From NCBI GenBank assembly GCA_048938895.1, contig JBHLLU010000069.1, positions 1 through 18,472 of the forward strand: a DNA stretch of 18,472 nt, given 5' to 3'. This DNA comes from Promethearchaeota archaeon (GTDB taxonomy: Archaea; Asgardarchaeota; Lokiarchaeia; Sigyniarchaeales; SOKP01). Below are positions 1-9,242 of this stretch, piece by piece (the first letter of the stretch is position 1; each line of letters begins with the position of its first letter). Under the pieces are notes generated by a model. It was not told where the DNA came from, made no database searches, and was given only the letters and a program-made list of their open reading frames with translations. Both the position numbers and the translations under genes were made by a program.

Positions 1-1565
1 TTCTCAAAACCAATCCCTTTTAGAACATTTTCAATTATGATTTTATTCTTAGAAACTCCAGATGGTCCATATCCAGTTCCAGGATTTGGTTGTTGACCTG
101 TCATTGCGGTCACGGAATTATCTAATATAATTACGATAACATCCTCATTATTATGGCAAATATTTACCATTCCTGGAAGTCCTGCGTGGAAAAAGGTGCT
201 GTCACCTATTACTGAAATTACTTTCTCTTTAGAACTAAGTGAAACACCACTTCCCGTTCCCAAGGTCGCTCCCATTGCTAGTAATAGATCGTCTGGATTC
301 ATCTTAGAATATATATCTTTATTCAATAGAAGCATGGAATAACATCCGATATCATTCATAAATGCAATTTCCTTAGATTTTCCTCCTATTGCTTTATTCA
401 ATGCCCAAAATGTTGCTCGGTGCGGGCAACCAGGACAAAACACAGGAATTCTTATTGGTAACTCTGATTTTAATTTATTTCTATTTTCTAAAAGAGAATT
501 ATAATTTATGTTGCTTTTAATATTGAATATTTCTCTGAATACTTCAAAAACAATGGGAATATTATATTCAAAAGCTTCGCTAAAGTGTCCTGATTCTTTA
601 CCAATTAATATAAGGTCAGGATTAATATCCTTTGCAAGAGCTTTGACATTTAATTCAAGATATGGAGATAATTCCTCAACAATAATAACTCCCTTCAGCT
701 TTTTAATGAAACCACTAATCAGTTTTTCAGGTAATGGATAAGTAGTACCTAGTTTTAGAATAGGAGGTCTAATGTCAAGCTTATGACATACTTCTAAAAC
801 ATAATTATAAGAGACTCCTGAGGTAATGACTCCAAAATTAGGATAACCTTCAATAATTGAATTAAACTGAGAGTTTTCGAATTCTTCCTTAATTTTACTA
901 CTGCGTTCTAGCATTTTTAGTTTATATTCTCTAGCTTTGGAACCAACAGTAGCATATTTCTTATTCCCCTCCCGAAAGCTGCTAATTTCAAATGCCGTTC
1001 TTTTTAGTGGATCCAATGGCACAATTGTAGATTGATGATTTATACGGGTTGTGGTTCTTACCAATACAAGTGTTTGAAATTTTTCTGATAATTCAAATGC
1101 TTCTTTAACCATTGCTTTTGCTTCCACAGGATCAGTAGGTTCTAACATGGGAATATATGCGCTTGAAGCGAAAAATCGTCCATCTTCTTCACTCTGAGAA
1201 GAATGACAAAATGGGTCGTCAGCAAAGACTAAAACACATCCTTTATTTACTCCAGTGTATCCTAAACTAAAAAAGGTATCAGAAGCAACATTTAATCCAA
1301 CACTCTTCATTGCTGTCAATGATCTCTGCCCTGCCATTGAAGCCCCAGCAACAATTTCAAGAGCTACTTTCTCATTTGTCGCAATTTCCATCTTAATATC
1401 AAAATTATCAGATATTTGAAAAAATGTATCTAAAATTTCTGAAACTGGAGATCCGGGATAGAAGGCAACAACTTTTACATCTGCTTCAAGAGCCGCTCGA
1501 ACAATGGCTTCATTACAAAAAAGAAAGGCTTTTGTTTTATCCTCTGAAATTACATCTGATATCAT
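1..1565 (-). CDS. iorA: Indolepyruvate:ferredoxin oxidoreductase alpha subunit (3'-partial, runs off window start)
   Basis: Manual translation of segments from ATG at 1565: MISDVISEDKTKAFLFCNEAIVRAALEADVKVVAFYPGSPVSEILD, then ATNEKVALE, MKSVGLNVASD, ADDPFCHSSQSEED, PVFCPGCPHR, DIGCYS and the TPP-binding GDSTFFHAG...LDNSVTAMTGQQPNPG. These are IorA family motifs. Absent from the ORF track because the stop lies outside the window. Confidence 0.93.
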   Translation of the reverse strand, partial: MISDVISEDKTKAFLFCNEAIVRAALEADVKVVAFYPGSPVSEILDTFFQISDNFDIKMEIATNEKVALEIVAGASMAGQRSLTAMKSVGLNVASDTFFSLGYTGVNKGCVLVFADDPFCHSSQSEEDGRFFASSAYIPMLEPTDPVEAKAMVKEAFELSEKFQTLVLVRTTTRINHQSTIVPLDPLKRTAFEISSFREGNKKYATVGSKAREYKLKMLERSSKIKEEFENSQFNSIIEGYPNFGVITSGVSYNYVLEVCHKLDIRPPILKLGTTYPLPEKLISGFIKKLKGVIIVEELSPYLELNVKALAKDINPDLILIGKESGHFSEAFEYNIPIVFEVFREIFNIKSNINYNSLLENRNKLKSELPIRIPVFCPGCPHRATFWALNKAIGGKSKEIAFMNDIGCYSMLLLNKDIYSKMNPDDLLLAMGATLGTGSGVSLSSKEKVISVIGDSTFFHAGLPGMVNICHNNEDVIVIILDNSVTAMTGQQPNPGTGYGPSGVSKNKIIIENVLKGIGFE

Positions 1566-1727
1566 ATAATTATTTCACTTTAATTTAACTAAAAAGTATA
1601 TAATTGTTCTAATATGATTTAAAACGGCTAAATATAATTCTGTCTATTATTTTTTATAAAAAGATGTAATTTTATTGATTTTACACAATTAATTTAAAAA
1701 TGATGATTCGAAGCGTTTTTTAGGATT

Positions 1728-1946
1728 TTATATACGCCTTTTCATCCAGATCAGGTATTGAATTCTTGTAACCAATAAAATCCCTGCCAAAAGTAATGCT
1801 AATCCTAAAGACAATATAAGAGGAGAAGTATTGTTAGAAGAGTTTAATAAAGTTATAAGCCAAACAGAAATTAAAATAATAGCTATAATTATCATTAAGA
1901 GCGCTATATTTCTTATTCTTTTATCTAGTTTATCAACTGATTCCAT
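1728..1946 (-). CDS. Small hypothetical membrane protein (two predicted TM helices)
   Basis: 72 aa with two hydrophobic stretches (IALLMIIIAIILISVWLITLL; PLILSLGLALLLAGILLV) and basic termini. Starts 21 bp after the malic enzyme stop on the same strand. Confidence 0.7.
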   Translation of the reverse strand: MESVDKLDKRIRNIALLMIIIAIILISVWLITLLNSSNNTSPLILSLGLALLLAGILLVTRIQYLIWMKRRI

Positions 1947-1967
1947 TATAGGTAAAATATCTAAAAA

Positions 1968-3338
1968 TTATTTTTCATAATCATCAAATGATGGAATAAA
2001 TCCTTTCTGCATTAAAATCTTGAATTGAGCCTGAGAGTCATCAATAATTTTTCGTGAATTCATAAGAATTTCCTCTTCTGAAAGGTTCAATAACGCTAGT
2101 CCTTGATCTATTGCTTTTAAACCAGTAGCAACAGCTTGCCTAATAAAGACCTCTTCATAATCCATCGTAGGAAGTATACAACTATCTGTAAGACACCCAT
2201 CAATTTCATCTATTAGATTTGCAAGTGCATAAGAAGCAGCAATACACATTTCATCTGTTATTGTTCTTGCACGGACATCAAGCGTCCCTCGAAAAATCCC
2301 TGGAAAACATAAAGAATTATTAACCTGATTAGGAAAATCTGAACGTCCAGTGGCAATGATTCGAGCCCCGGCTTCGATTGCTTCCCATGGAAATATTTCT
2401 GGGATTGGGTTGGCTAACGCAAAAACAACAGCATCATCGGTCATTTTTGAGATCCACTCTTTCCTGATTACTCCTGGTCCTGGAATACTTGCAGAAATTA
2501 AAACATCAGCTCCTTCTAATGCAATACCACAATCACCTTGTAGTTGTTCAGGATTAGCATCATAAATTAATTCATGTTTATAATTTGTTGGATCCTGCAG
2601 ATCAATTCGATCTTTATGTAGTATCCCTTTCGAGTCCACAATTACAAAATTTTTTAATTTAAACCCATCGGATTTTAGTAAGTTAAAGGTCCTAAAATTT
2701 GATGCTCCAATCCCATTGAGAACGATTTTAACGTCTTCTTTTTTCTTTCCAATAATACGTAAAGAATTGATTAACGCAGCAAGAATTACAGTTGCAGTTC
2801 CCTGTTGATCATCGTGCCATATAGGGATTCTTATATCTGGGTCCGATCTTAATTTATCGAGTACTTTAAAGCATTTTGGGTTACTAATGTCTTCTAAATT
2901 TATGCCTCCAAAGGTGGGCTGTATCATTTTAACAAAATCAATTATTTGTTCAGCCTCACAACATCTATCTTTGCCAATACATAAGGGAATTGCATCCACT
3001 CCACCCAAAAATTTAAATAACAAAGATTTACCTTCCATTACGGGCAATGCTGCTTCAGGTCCTATGTTTCCGAGCCCAAGAACTCTTGATCCATCACTTA
3101 CTACTGCAATTGTATTCCATTTATTAGTATAATCATAAACCTTGTCTTTTTTCTTAAAAATCTCCATACTTGGTGCGGCTACCCCGGGCGAATACCATAT
3201 CCCAAAATCAGTATAATCTCTGATTTGACATCGAGGAATTGTTTGCATTTTACCTTTAAAATATTTATGCATTTTTATTGCATTTAATCCAGGTATTTTT
3301 GATCTTCGGAGAAGCTCCTCTTTTGACAACTTTTCCAT
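1968..3338 (-). CDS. NAD(P)-dependent malic enzyme (short prokaryotic type, no PTA domain)
   Basis: Motifs YSPGVA, SDGSRVLGLGNIG, PVMEGKSLLFK, GGINLEDI, HDDQQGTA, NGIGAS, FALANPIPEI, ATGRSDFPNQVNNSLCFPGIFRG. Confidence 0.95.
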   Translation of the reverse strand: MEKLSKEELLRRSKIPGLNAIKMHKYFKGKMQTIPRCQIRDYTDFGIWYSPGVAAPSMEIFKKKDKVYDYTNKWNTIAVVSDGSRVLGLGNIGPEAALPVMEGKSLLFKFLGGVDAIPLCIGKDRCCEAEQIIDFVKMIQPTFGGINLEDISNPKCFKVLDKLRSDPDIRIPIWHDDQQGTATVILAALINSLRIIGKKKEDVKIVLNGIGASNFRTFNLLKSDGFKLKNFVIVDSKGILHKDRIDLQDPTNYKHELIYDANPEQLQGDCGIALEGADVLISASIPGPGVIRKEWISKMTDDAVVFALANPIPEIFPWEAIEAGARIIATGRSDFPNQVNNSLCFPGIFRGTLDVRARTITDEMCIAASYALANLIDEIDGCLTDSCILPTMDYEEVFIRQAVATGLKAIDQGLALLNLSEEEILMNSRKIIDDSQAQFKILMQKGFIPSFDDYEK

Positions 3339-3421
3339 AATTTAAACTACCGATTTTTAAACTAATTAAATTACAAGATATAAAAAATCACATCATTAAA
3401 AAAAGTAATATTTTTCATTAT

Positions 3422-4675
3422 TTATTTCATAGAATTGCTATTTTTAATATTTCGTGAAATATATAATAACCCAATTAAAGCAAAAATACCAAAGAAAATT
3501 ATAAATCCATGTATTGCAAAAATCTGAATCTCGACGACAAATCCAGAGACTATTGGTGTCAAACCAAAGCCTATCCCTATTATTACTTCATTTATCATAG
3601 AATACTTTGAAGTATTTTCTGCAGCACCATATTCTAGCATTATTTTCATCCCTACTCCATGGAGAAGTCCTATAAAAAGACCTGCGATCGTTGTTATTAT
3701 TGAAATATACCAGATGTTTTCAATTAAAATCATGGTGAACGCTATCGAGCAAACCATTCCAACAGCGATTAGAGAAGCTAATTTTCTTTTATAAATTCCT
3801 GTATAGTTGATCCATGTTAATCCTCCTAATTGTGCTATCTGTATTCCGCATTGTACAAGATAAGTAGGGTAAGTAGGTGTATTTGTAGGAAAAAAGGATT
3901 TCAATAATATTGGATAACCAAATATAAAAATTGATTTGGATGTCGCTAGAAACATTATACTTAACCAAGAATAAAAAATAGGATATATTGTCATGGGAGT
4001 CTGTGAATTGATTACTAGATCTTCTTTTATATCAAATTGAGAGAGTGGATCTTCTGTTTGGTATATGATCTTTTCTTTACTTTCTTCTAAATTTTCATCT
4101 TTTTCAAGGAAAAAACTTACAGGGATTAAGAGAAACGAGATTAACCATGAGATTATCATCCCTAGATAATCACCTAAAAATATCGCCCATGAGACTCCAA
4201 TAAGCAAGCCAGAAATGAATCCAAAGTTCCAAGAAAAATTAAAGAAGGCAAAATTTTTTTTAGTTTTTTCAGGAGTACTTATATTTTGCCATTTACTCAA
4301 AAAATTAAGAATGTTTGGCCAATACAATCCCATTGATAATCCCATTATAATACGACATATTATTAAGAACCACGCTTCAGGATAAAATATTTGAAATCCA
4401 GTTAAAACAGGGGTTAACACAGCATTTAATAGGAGGGCTTTACGTACACCTAAATATTTGTTAGTAATAAATTGTCCAACAATAGGTGCAATTATATATG
4501 TCAAAGCTGATGCTGATGAAATAAAACCTAACGTACTTGCTCTTATTCCTATGATTAAATAAATATAATTGAATAACGCTCTTTCGAAAATTGAAACATA
4601 AAATGTCCTAATAAAAGAAATTAAAAAGACAGGCCACGTTCGATAATCATGGGAATTGTTTGTATTTAATGTCAT
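3422..4675 (-). CDS. MFS transporter
   Basis: 417 aa, about 12 hydrophobic segments in two halves separated by an acidic hydrophilic loop. Has a motif-A-like GQFITNKYLGVRK and the TM4 CRIIMG. Confidence 0.85.
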   Translation of the reverse strand: MTLNTNNSHDYRTWPVFLISFIRTFYVSIFERALFNYIYLIIGIRASTLGFISSASALTYIIAPIVGQFITNKYLGVRKALLLNAVLTPVLTGFQIFYPEAWFLIICRIIMGLSMGLYWPNILNFLSKWQNISTPEKTKKNFAFFNFSWNFGFISGLLIGVSWAIFLGDYLGMIISWLISFLLIPVSFFLEKDENLEESKEKIIYQTEDPLSQFDIKEDLVINSQTPMTIYPIFYSWLSIMFLATSKSIFIFGYPILLKSFFPTNTPTYPTYLVQCGIQIAQLGGLTWINYTGIYKRKLASLIAVGMVCSIAFTMILIENIWYISIITTIAGLFIGLLHGVGMKIMLEYGAAENTSKYSMINEVIIGIGFGLTPIVSGFVVEIQIFAIHGFIIFFGIFALIGLLYISRNIKNSNSMK

Positions 4676-4752
4676 AGAACTTAATGAATAGAATCATTCA
4701 ATATATAGATAGGAAAAATAGTCTATATATCAAATAGTTTCTGTTTTAAATG

Positions 4753-7014
4753 TTATACAATTTCACAGTTCCCCATTAAATGTTTTAATGCCAACTCTAT
4801 AGATCTGAAGCCCTCTACCGGATATTTACCATTTATGTAGAGATAATGATAATTATCCTCATTCACATATGATTTTATAATTTTTTTATCTTGAATAAAT
4901 TCCAATCCGATGACTGAACGCCAAATAATGATCGTATTATTGTTATCGATTTTTCCCTTTACAATAACATAAATTCTTCCATTATAATCTTTCTTAATGA
5001 CTTTTTCGACATGAATTCCAAGTAAATAATTAAAAGTTTCAACTAAATCCACCTTTTTAGTTAAAGGTCGGTCACTTTTAAGAATATTGATGCTAAAGTT
5101 GAAGGGATCTTCAATATTATCAAGATTAGGATACAGTTTACAAACCTGATGGTAAAACTCCAAATTTTCTATGGTATCCTCAAAATTTTCAAAGTAATGA
5201 TACTTAAAGAATCCACCGTTGCTGATTTCCATTGTTTTGGAAATTCCTGTCTTGTCTCCTTTTAGAACAGTTTTCATTCGTGGGAGAATAAAATCCTCAA
5301 ACTGATTCCCAAGCTCAATTCCAATCCATTTCCTATTAAGTTTATGAGCAACTGCAACACTAGTACCTGACCCTAAGAAGAAATCTAAAACCATATCACC
5401 CTTTTTTGATCCACATTCAATTACTCTTTGTAATAATTCTTCTGAGTTTTCAGTGGAAAATTTATGAACTTGAGAATAGCCAGGTATATCTAACCAATTA
5501 TTTCTAACTGGTTCTAAGTCATAATATAACTCAGGCTTTTCTTCTATAATATTTTCAAAACAGTCAACATATCTCTTACTTTTGTTAATCCTTACTTTAC
5601 CCTTTCGTTCAAACTCATTGATTCTTTCTTGGGATAATCCCCATCTTCTGTTTTTAGGCGGATAAAATATCTTTCCTAGCACAGTTCTGGGTTTTTCATT
5701 AGGTCTAGGAAAATCTAACAACTCATACCATTTCGGATGCTTCCTCGGAAGTTGAATCTGATTGAAAAAATAAATATCACTTTTGGAATAAAAAAAGAGG
5801 CTTTCCGTTTGTTGTATGAAAGGTTTCTTCCTTTGTTTTTTTGCTTTAGTCTTATTAATGATGATTTCATTCCTAAAATTTGATTTGTTAAATACTGAAT
5901 CTAAAAGATATCTTACAAGATGATTCCCCTTATTATCGATTCTTACAAATATATTTCCTTTTTTGTTTAAAATCTCTTTAGCTAAGTTCAAACGATTATT
6001 CATCATTACCAACCATGTGGAAATTGAATAATCATTTTTATATTGAAATTCTTTTTTCCCAGTATTGAAAGGAGGATCAATATAAATTAGATTAATTTTC
6101 TCATACCATTTTTTCATTAATACATTTAATGCTTGAAAATTATCACTTTTTATTAAAATGCCATCAACTAAATCATCTAAATTCTTCTCATTCGATATTG
6201 AACTAATCAATTTCCATTTAAATTCCTCGTCAAAGTATATAGTATCAATTGGAAGATATTTTAGGCTAGAATTTTCTTTATCAAACTCGTTTTTATTAAA
6301 GATTTTTATCCCGAAAAGATTGTACCATTCCTTTAACTGATCTTTATTACATAAAATTTTTTCATAGAGATCTTCTAGAACATTTTCCTCTACGTTTTTC
6401 TTTATATTATTAAGAGTAATAACATAATTTGTCTCTATTACAAAATTCTTCTTGTGCCACAGTTGTAATTGACATTGTTCTAATCGGGTTAATGTATTGA
6501 TAATTCTTAAACAAACATCTTCAAATATTTTTAATTTCTTTAAAATAACTTGAATTTCTGTATCTTGGAGTCTTTCTACATCTAAAATGACATCTTTAAT
6601 AAAACTATCTAATTCAGTTGTAAGAAAACTTAATATATCTTTATGTACAAAGAAATCCTCTGAAATTATTTTGTTATTACTATACTGAATGTCTTTGGAT
6701 TTTATATAGTACTGATCTTTATTTAACCAGTTTAAAATAAAACCATCGTAATTAGTAGGATAAGGATTACGTCTAATCTTAGAGGTTAAGTTTCCCTCTT
6801 TATAATATTGACTAAAAAAAGTTATAACCCATTTATAGATTTCCTCTGCATCCTCTTTAGTTTGATCTAAAGGGTGAAAGTCTTTAATAGCTTTTTGAAT
6901 TTGTTCTTCTTTAAATTTAACAAGTTTAACAATTCCTAAATTTATATCTTCACTCCCAGTTTGGAAGATTTTCGATAATTCAGATATAAATTCCTCATGA
7001 GTTTCATCTCTCAT
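4753..7014 (-). CDS. Site-specific DNA adenine methyltransferase, beta class, Type III Mod-like; no adjacent Res subunit
   Basis: Catalytic motif IV IYIDPPFNTG precedes the SAM-binding motif I VLDFFLGSGT (beta order). Also SDNFQAL, NFRNEII, AVAHKLNRKWIGIE, GGFFKY and VDLVETFNYLLG, typical of Mod-like enzymes. Confidence 0.9.
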   Translation of the reverse strand: MRDETHEEFISELSKIFQTGSEDINLGIVKLVKFKEEQIQKAIKDFHPLDQTKEDAEEIYKWVITFFSQYYKEGNLTSKIRRNPYPTNYDGFILNWLNKDQYYIKSKDIQYSNNKIISEDFFVHKDILSFLTTELDSFIKDVILDVERLQDTEIQVILKKLKIFEDVCLRIINTLTRLEQCQLQLWHKKNFVIETNYVITLNNIKKNVEENVLEDLYEKILCNKDQLKEWYNLFGIKIFNKNEFDKENSSLKYLPIDTIYFDEEFKWKLISSISNEKNLDDLVDGILIKSDNFQALNVLMKKWYEKINLIYIDPPFNTGKKEFQYKNDYSISTWLVMMNNRLNLAKEILNKKGNIFVRIDNKGNHLVRYLLDSVFNKSNFRNEIIINKTKAKKQRKKPFIQQTESLFFYSKSDIYFFNQIQLPRKHPKWYELLDFPRPNEKPRTVLGKIFYPPKNRRWGLSQERINEFERKGKVRINKSKRYVDCFENIIEEKPELYYDLEPVRNNWLDIPGYSQVHKFSTENSEELLQRVIECGSKKGDMVLDFFLGSGTSVAVAHKLNRKWIGIELGNQFEDFILPRMKTVLKGDKTGISKTMEISNGGFFKYHYFENFEDTIENLEFYHQVCKLYPNLDNIEDPFNFSINILKSDRPLTKKVDLVETFNYLLGIHVEKVIKKDYNGRIYVIVKGKIDNNNTIIIWRSVIGLEFIQDKKIIKSYVNEDNYHYLYINGKYPVEGFRSIELALKHLMGNCEIV

Positions 7015-7087
7015 CCTTAATAATTAATGAGAACTAGATTTTTAATCTTTTACTTCTGAAGTGGGATACAGATAATCTTTTTAAAAT

Positions 7088-7990
7088 TTATTTATTCCTG
7101 TGAATTCTTTTCAAATATCTATACCAATTTTGAATTACAACTTCTATCCAATTTAATCCCTGTCTACTGCTCTCAGACCAATTAGAATCATTTTTAGCAA
7201 AATAAATCGGTAGATCAGGATGATTGAGAATCTCTTTACGTGAAATATTGTTATCTATGAGATTTTCTAAAACAGAAATCAAATCTTCGTAATAGGATTT
7301 AACTTTGATAAGATAATCCTTATTGATTATTGTACCATGACCCGGAATTATCTTATTAATATTTAAAGATTCCCAATGAGATAATATTTTTAAAGTATCT
7401 TCAGGCGTTCCTGGAATTTGAGCAAAGCATTCTAATAAATTATCACCCGTACATAAAACCTGATTGCGAGGATAATAGACGTAAGATGAATCAATACTGT
7501 GTCCACCAACTACACAAAAGATAACCTCATTTTCTTTAGTCCCAATCCTCATTTCCTCTTTTACAAGAATATTTGGTATAAAAAACTCCGCATTTTTTAC
7601 AATCTTAATGATTTCATCATCTTCAATGAGTAGTGAAACACTCCATAGATAATCTTCAGTATTATTAATTGTATTTATGAAATTATTATATTGAGGCATT
7701 CCTAATTCTGGTGCAACTATTTTAACATCCTTAAAAGCACCCATAGCAAGAAAATGATCCCAGTGTAAATGAGTAAGGAGTAAGTAGGTTGCTCTTCTCT
7801 GAAATTTTTTCTCCATGTCTGATCGAAATTGTGATGAGAGATTAGGATATGACCCACAATCAACAAATATTAATTCATCAGGTATGGCAATACAAGTTGT
7901 AGGAACTGTACTTGCTGCACCCCTGACTAAATTACTGTTTAATAGGGGATACATAACATATAGATTTTCAGAAACCTTAATATATTCCAT
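7088..7990 (-). CDS. Metallo-beta-lactamase-fold hydrolase (glyoxalase II/cyclase-like)
   Basis: FVDCG, THLHWDH (HxHxDH), GGHS, TGD and IPGHG metal-binding motifs. Confidence 0.88.
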   Translation of the reverse strand: MEYIKVSENLYVMYPLLNSNLVRGAASTVPTTCIAIPDELIFVDCGSYPNLSSQFRSDMEKKFQRRATYLLLTHLHWDHFLAMGAFKDVKIVAPELGMPQYNNFINTINNTEDYLWSVSLLIEDDEIIKIVKNAEFFIPNILVKEEMRIGTKENEVIFCVVGGHSIDSSYVYYPRNQVLCTGDNLLECFAQIPGTPEDTLKILSHWESLNINKIIPGHGTIINKDYLIKVKSYYEDLISVLENLIDNNISRKEILNHPDLPIYFAKNDSNWSESSRQGLNWIEVVIQNWYRYLKRIHRNK

Positions 7991-8025
7991 TTTAACTATA
8001 CATTAGAAGAAATTGAATATATACT

Positions 8026-8556
8026 TTATCGATTAAATTTCTTATTCATCTCAACCGATAATTTATAGAAGATGCCATCCACACCGGTGCCCAACTTTGC
8101 GCTTGTTTCTTCATATGAAATTGAACTCATATATTGTGAAAAATCAGTACATTTTTCTTTTGGGACAACTCTTTCACCATGATTGACCAAATCCAATTTA
8201 TTTCCTACTAATATTCTTGGCACTTTTCCAATAGTACTTTCAACCTCTTCAATCCAAGTTTTTAAATGATTAAACGTTTCTTCTCGAGCTAAATCAAAAA
8301 CAAAAACTATTCCTTTAGCACCTTTATAAAAAGCTTGTCTTACCCATTTGAAATGATCTTGTCCTGCTAAATCCCATATTTGTAATGTTATTAAAGGTTT
8401 TACGTTAGGGATCTTTAAATGCTTCACAAAGAAATTAGAGCCAATTGTAGATTGTACATCTGAAATAAATCGTCTCTCTAAATATTGATGTAATAAAGTA
8501 CTTTTCCCGACTCCAAAATCCCCCACGATACAGATTTTAAAAAATGCTGATTTCAT
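8026..8556 (-). CDS. Rab-like small GTPase (Ras superfamily)
   Basis: G1 GDFGVGKS, G2 STIG, G3 WDLAGQ, G4 NKLD, G5 ETSAK, plus RabF-like IGSNF/TLQIW/FYKGA/FVFDL. ATG at 8556 preferred; GTG at 8562 is an alternative start. Confidence 0.93.
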   Translation of the reverse strand: MKSAFFKICIVGDFGVGKSTLLHQYLERRFISDVQSTIGSNFFVKHLKIPNVKPLITLQIWDLAGQDHFKWVRQAFYKGAKGIVFVFDLAREETFNHLKTWIEEVESTIGKVPRILVGNKLDLVNHGERVVPKEKCTDFSQYMSSISYEETSAKLGTGVDGIFYKLSVEMNKKFNR

Positions 8557-9152
8557 AAGCACCCTTAAAATTTATTATTTTTGTCCTGAGCTATTCAGAT
8601 GTTATATCCTCATAGTATTTCGATCGAAATAAAGTGGATCTAAAACTTTTTTTATCTATCAAATAATACCCAATATCTTCTAATAAGTGTGTGCTAAATT
8701 ATATAGATTTTAAAATATTTTTTGATCTTTTGAAAACAGCCATATTTAATGAAAATTATGGTTAATTTTCAGTCTTGAGAATATTCTGCAGATTTTTTTG
8801 TTTTGTTTAATAATAAGAATGTTTTTTTTAAAAGGTGGATTTGATTTGAAAGTACTCATGGTGAGTTCGTCTCACTAGTATTAGGATATATTATATATTG
8901 TCAGGGGGCATTACATGAAAATATGAATGATTATTACATATTTTATAAAGATCTTAATGAAAATGATAATCTCAAGGGGATTAAGGATGAATTGGTTTAC
9001 CAAAAAGCAAGGAACTTGAATGATATTTTTATTTTCTTCTTACATAAAGAAATTAAATATCAAATAATTGAAAATCTTCCATTATTTTCCGAAAGGTTAG
9101 TGGTATTTCTTTGATTTTGAATCAACCATAAAACCTTGATAATTTCACTTTT

Positions 9153-9167
9153 AGAAAAGTATATTAT
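9153..9167 (+). promoter_or_regulatory. Putative BRE + TATA promoter of the cold-shock gene
   Basis: Purine-rich AGAAAAG followed by TATATTAT, ending about 75 bp upstream of the ATG at 9243. Implies a start site near 9185-9190. Confidence 0.45.
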
Positions 9168-9242
9168 GATGTAATACTTAAAATGCATGACTGGAGGAGT
9201 AACTCGTACACCAGTTTTTACAAATGCAGTAAGGTTTTATGA

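Noticed and set aside
508-741. 77-aa plus-strand ORF
   Set aside because: Antisense shadow inside iorA.
2350-3132. Plus-strand ORFs 2350-2565 and 2887-3132
   Set aside because: Antisense to malic enzyme, no motifs.
4753-7990. Methyltransferase + MBL hydrolase as a two-gene defence system
   Set aside because: The MBL protein is a glyoxalase II/cyclase-like type without nuclease (beta-CASP/ComEC) features. The genes are 73 bp apart and there are no other defence or mobility genes nearby.
6158-8006. Plus-strand ORFs 6158-6340 and 7815-8006
   Set aside because: Antisense to the methyltransferase and MBL hydrolase genes.
8923-9114. 63-aa intergenic ORF (MNDYYIFY...)
   Set aside because: No recognisable motif and a composition typical of AT-rich non-coding DNA. 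The nearby GGGGG precedes a different ATG that stops after three codons. It cannot be excluded but is unsupported.
9187-9220. SECIS-like pattern ATGA-N10-AA in a stem (Lokiarchaeia use eukaryote-like SECIS elements)
   Set aside because: The 3' strand reads CCAG-TTTT and lacks the GA needed for the tandem G-A core. It lies 5' of a gene, and I found no in-frame TGA selenoprotein candidate in the window.
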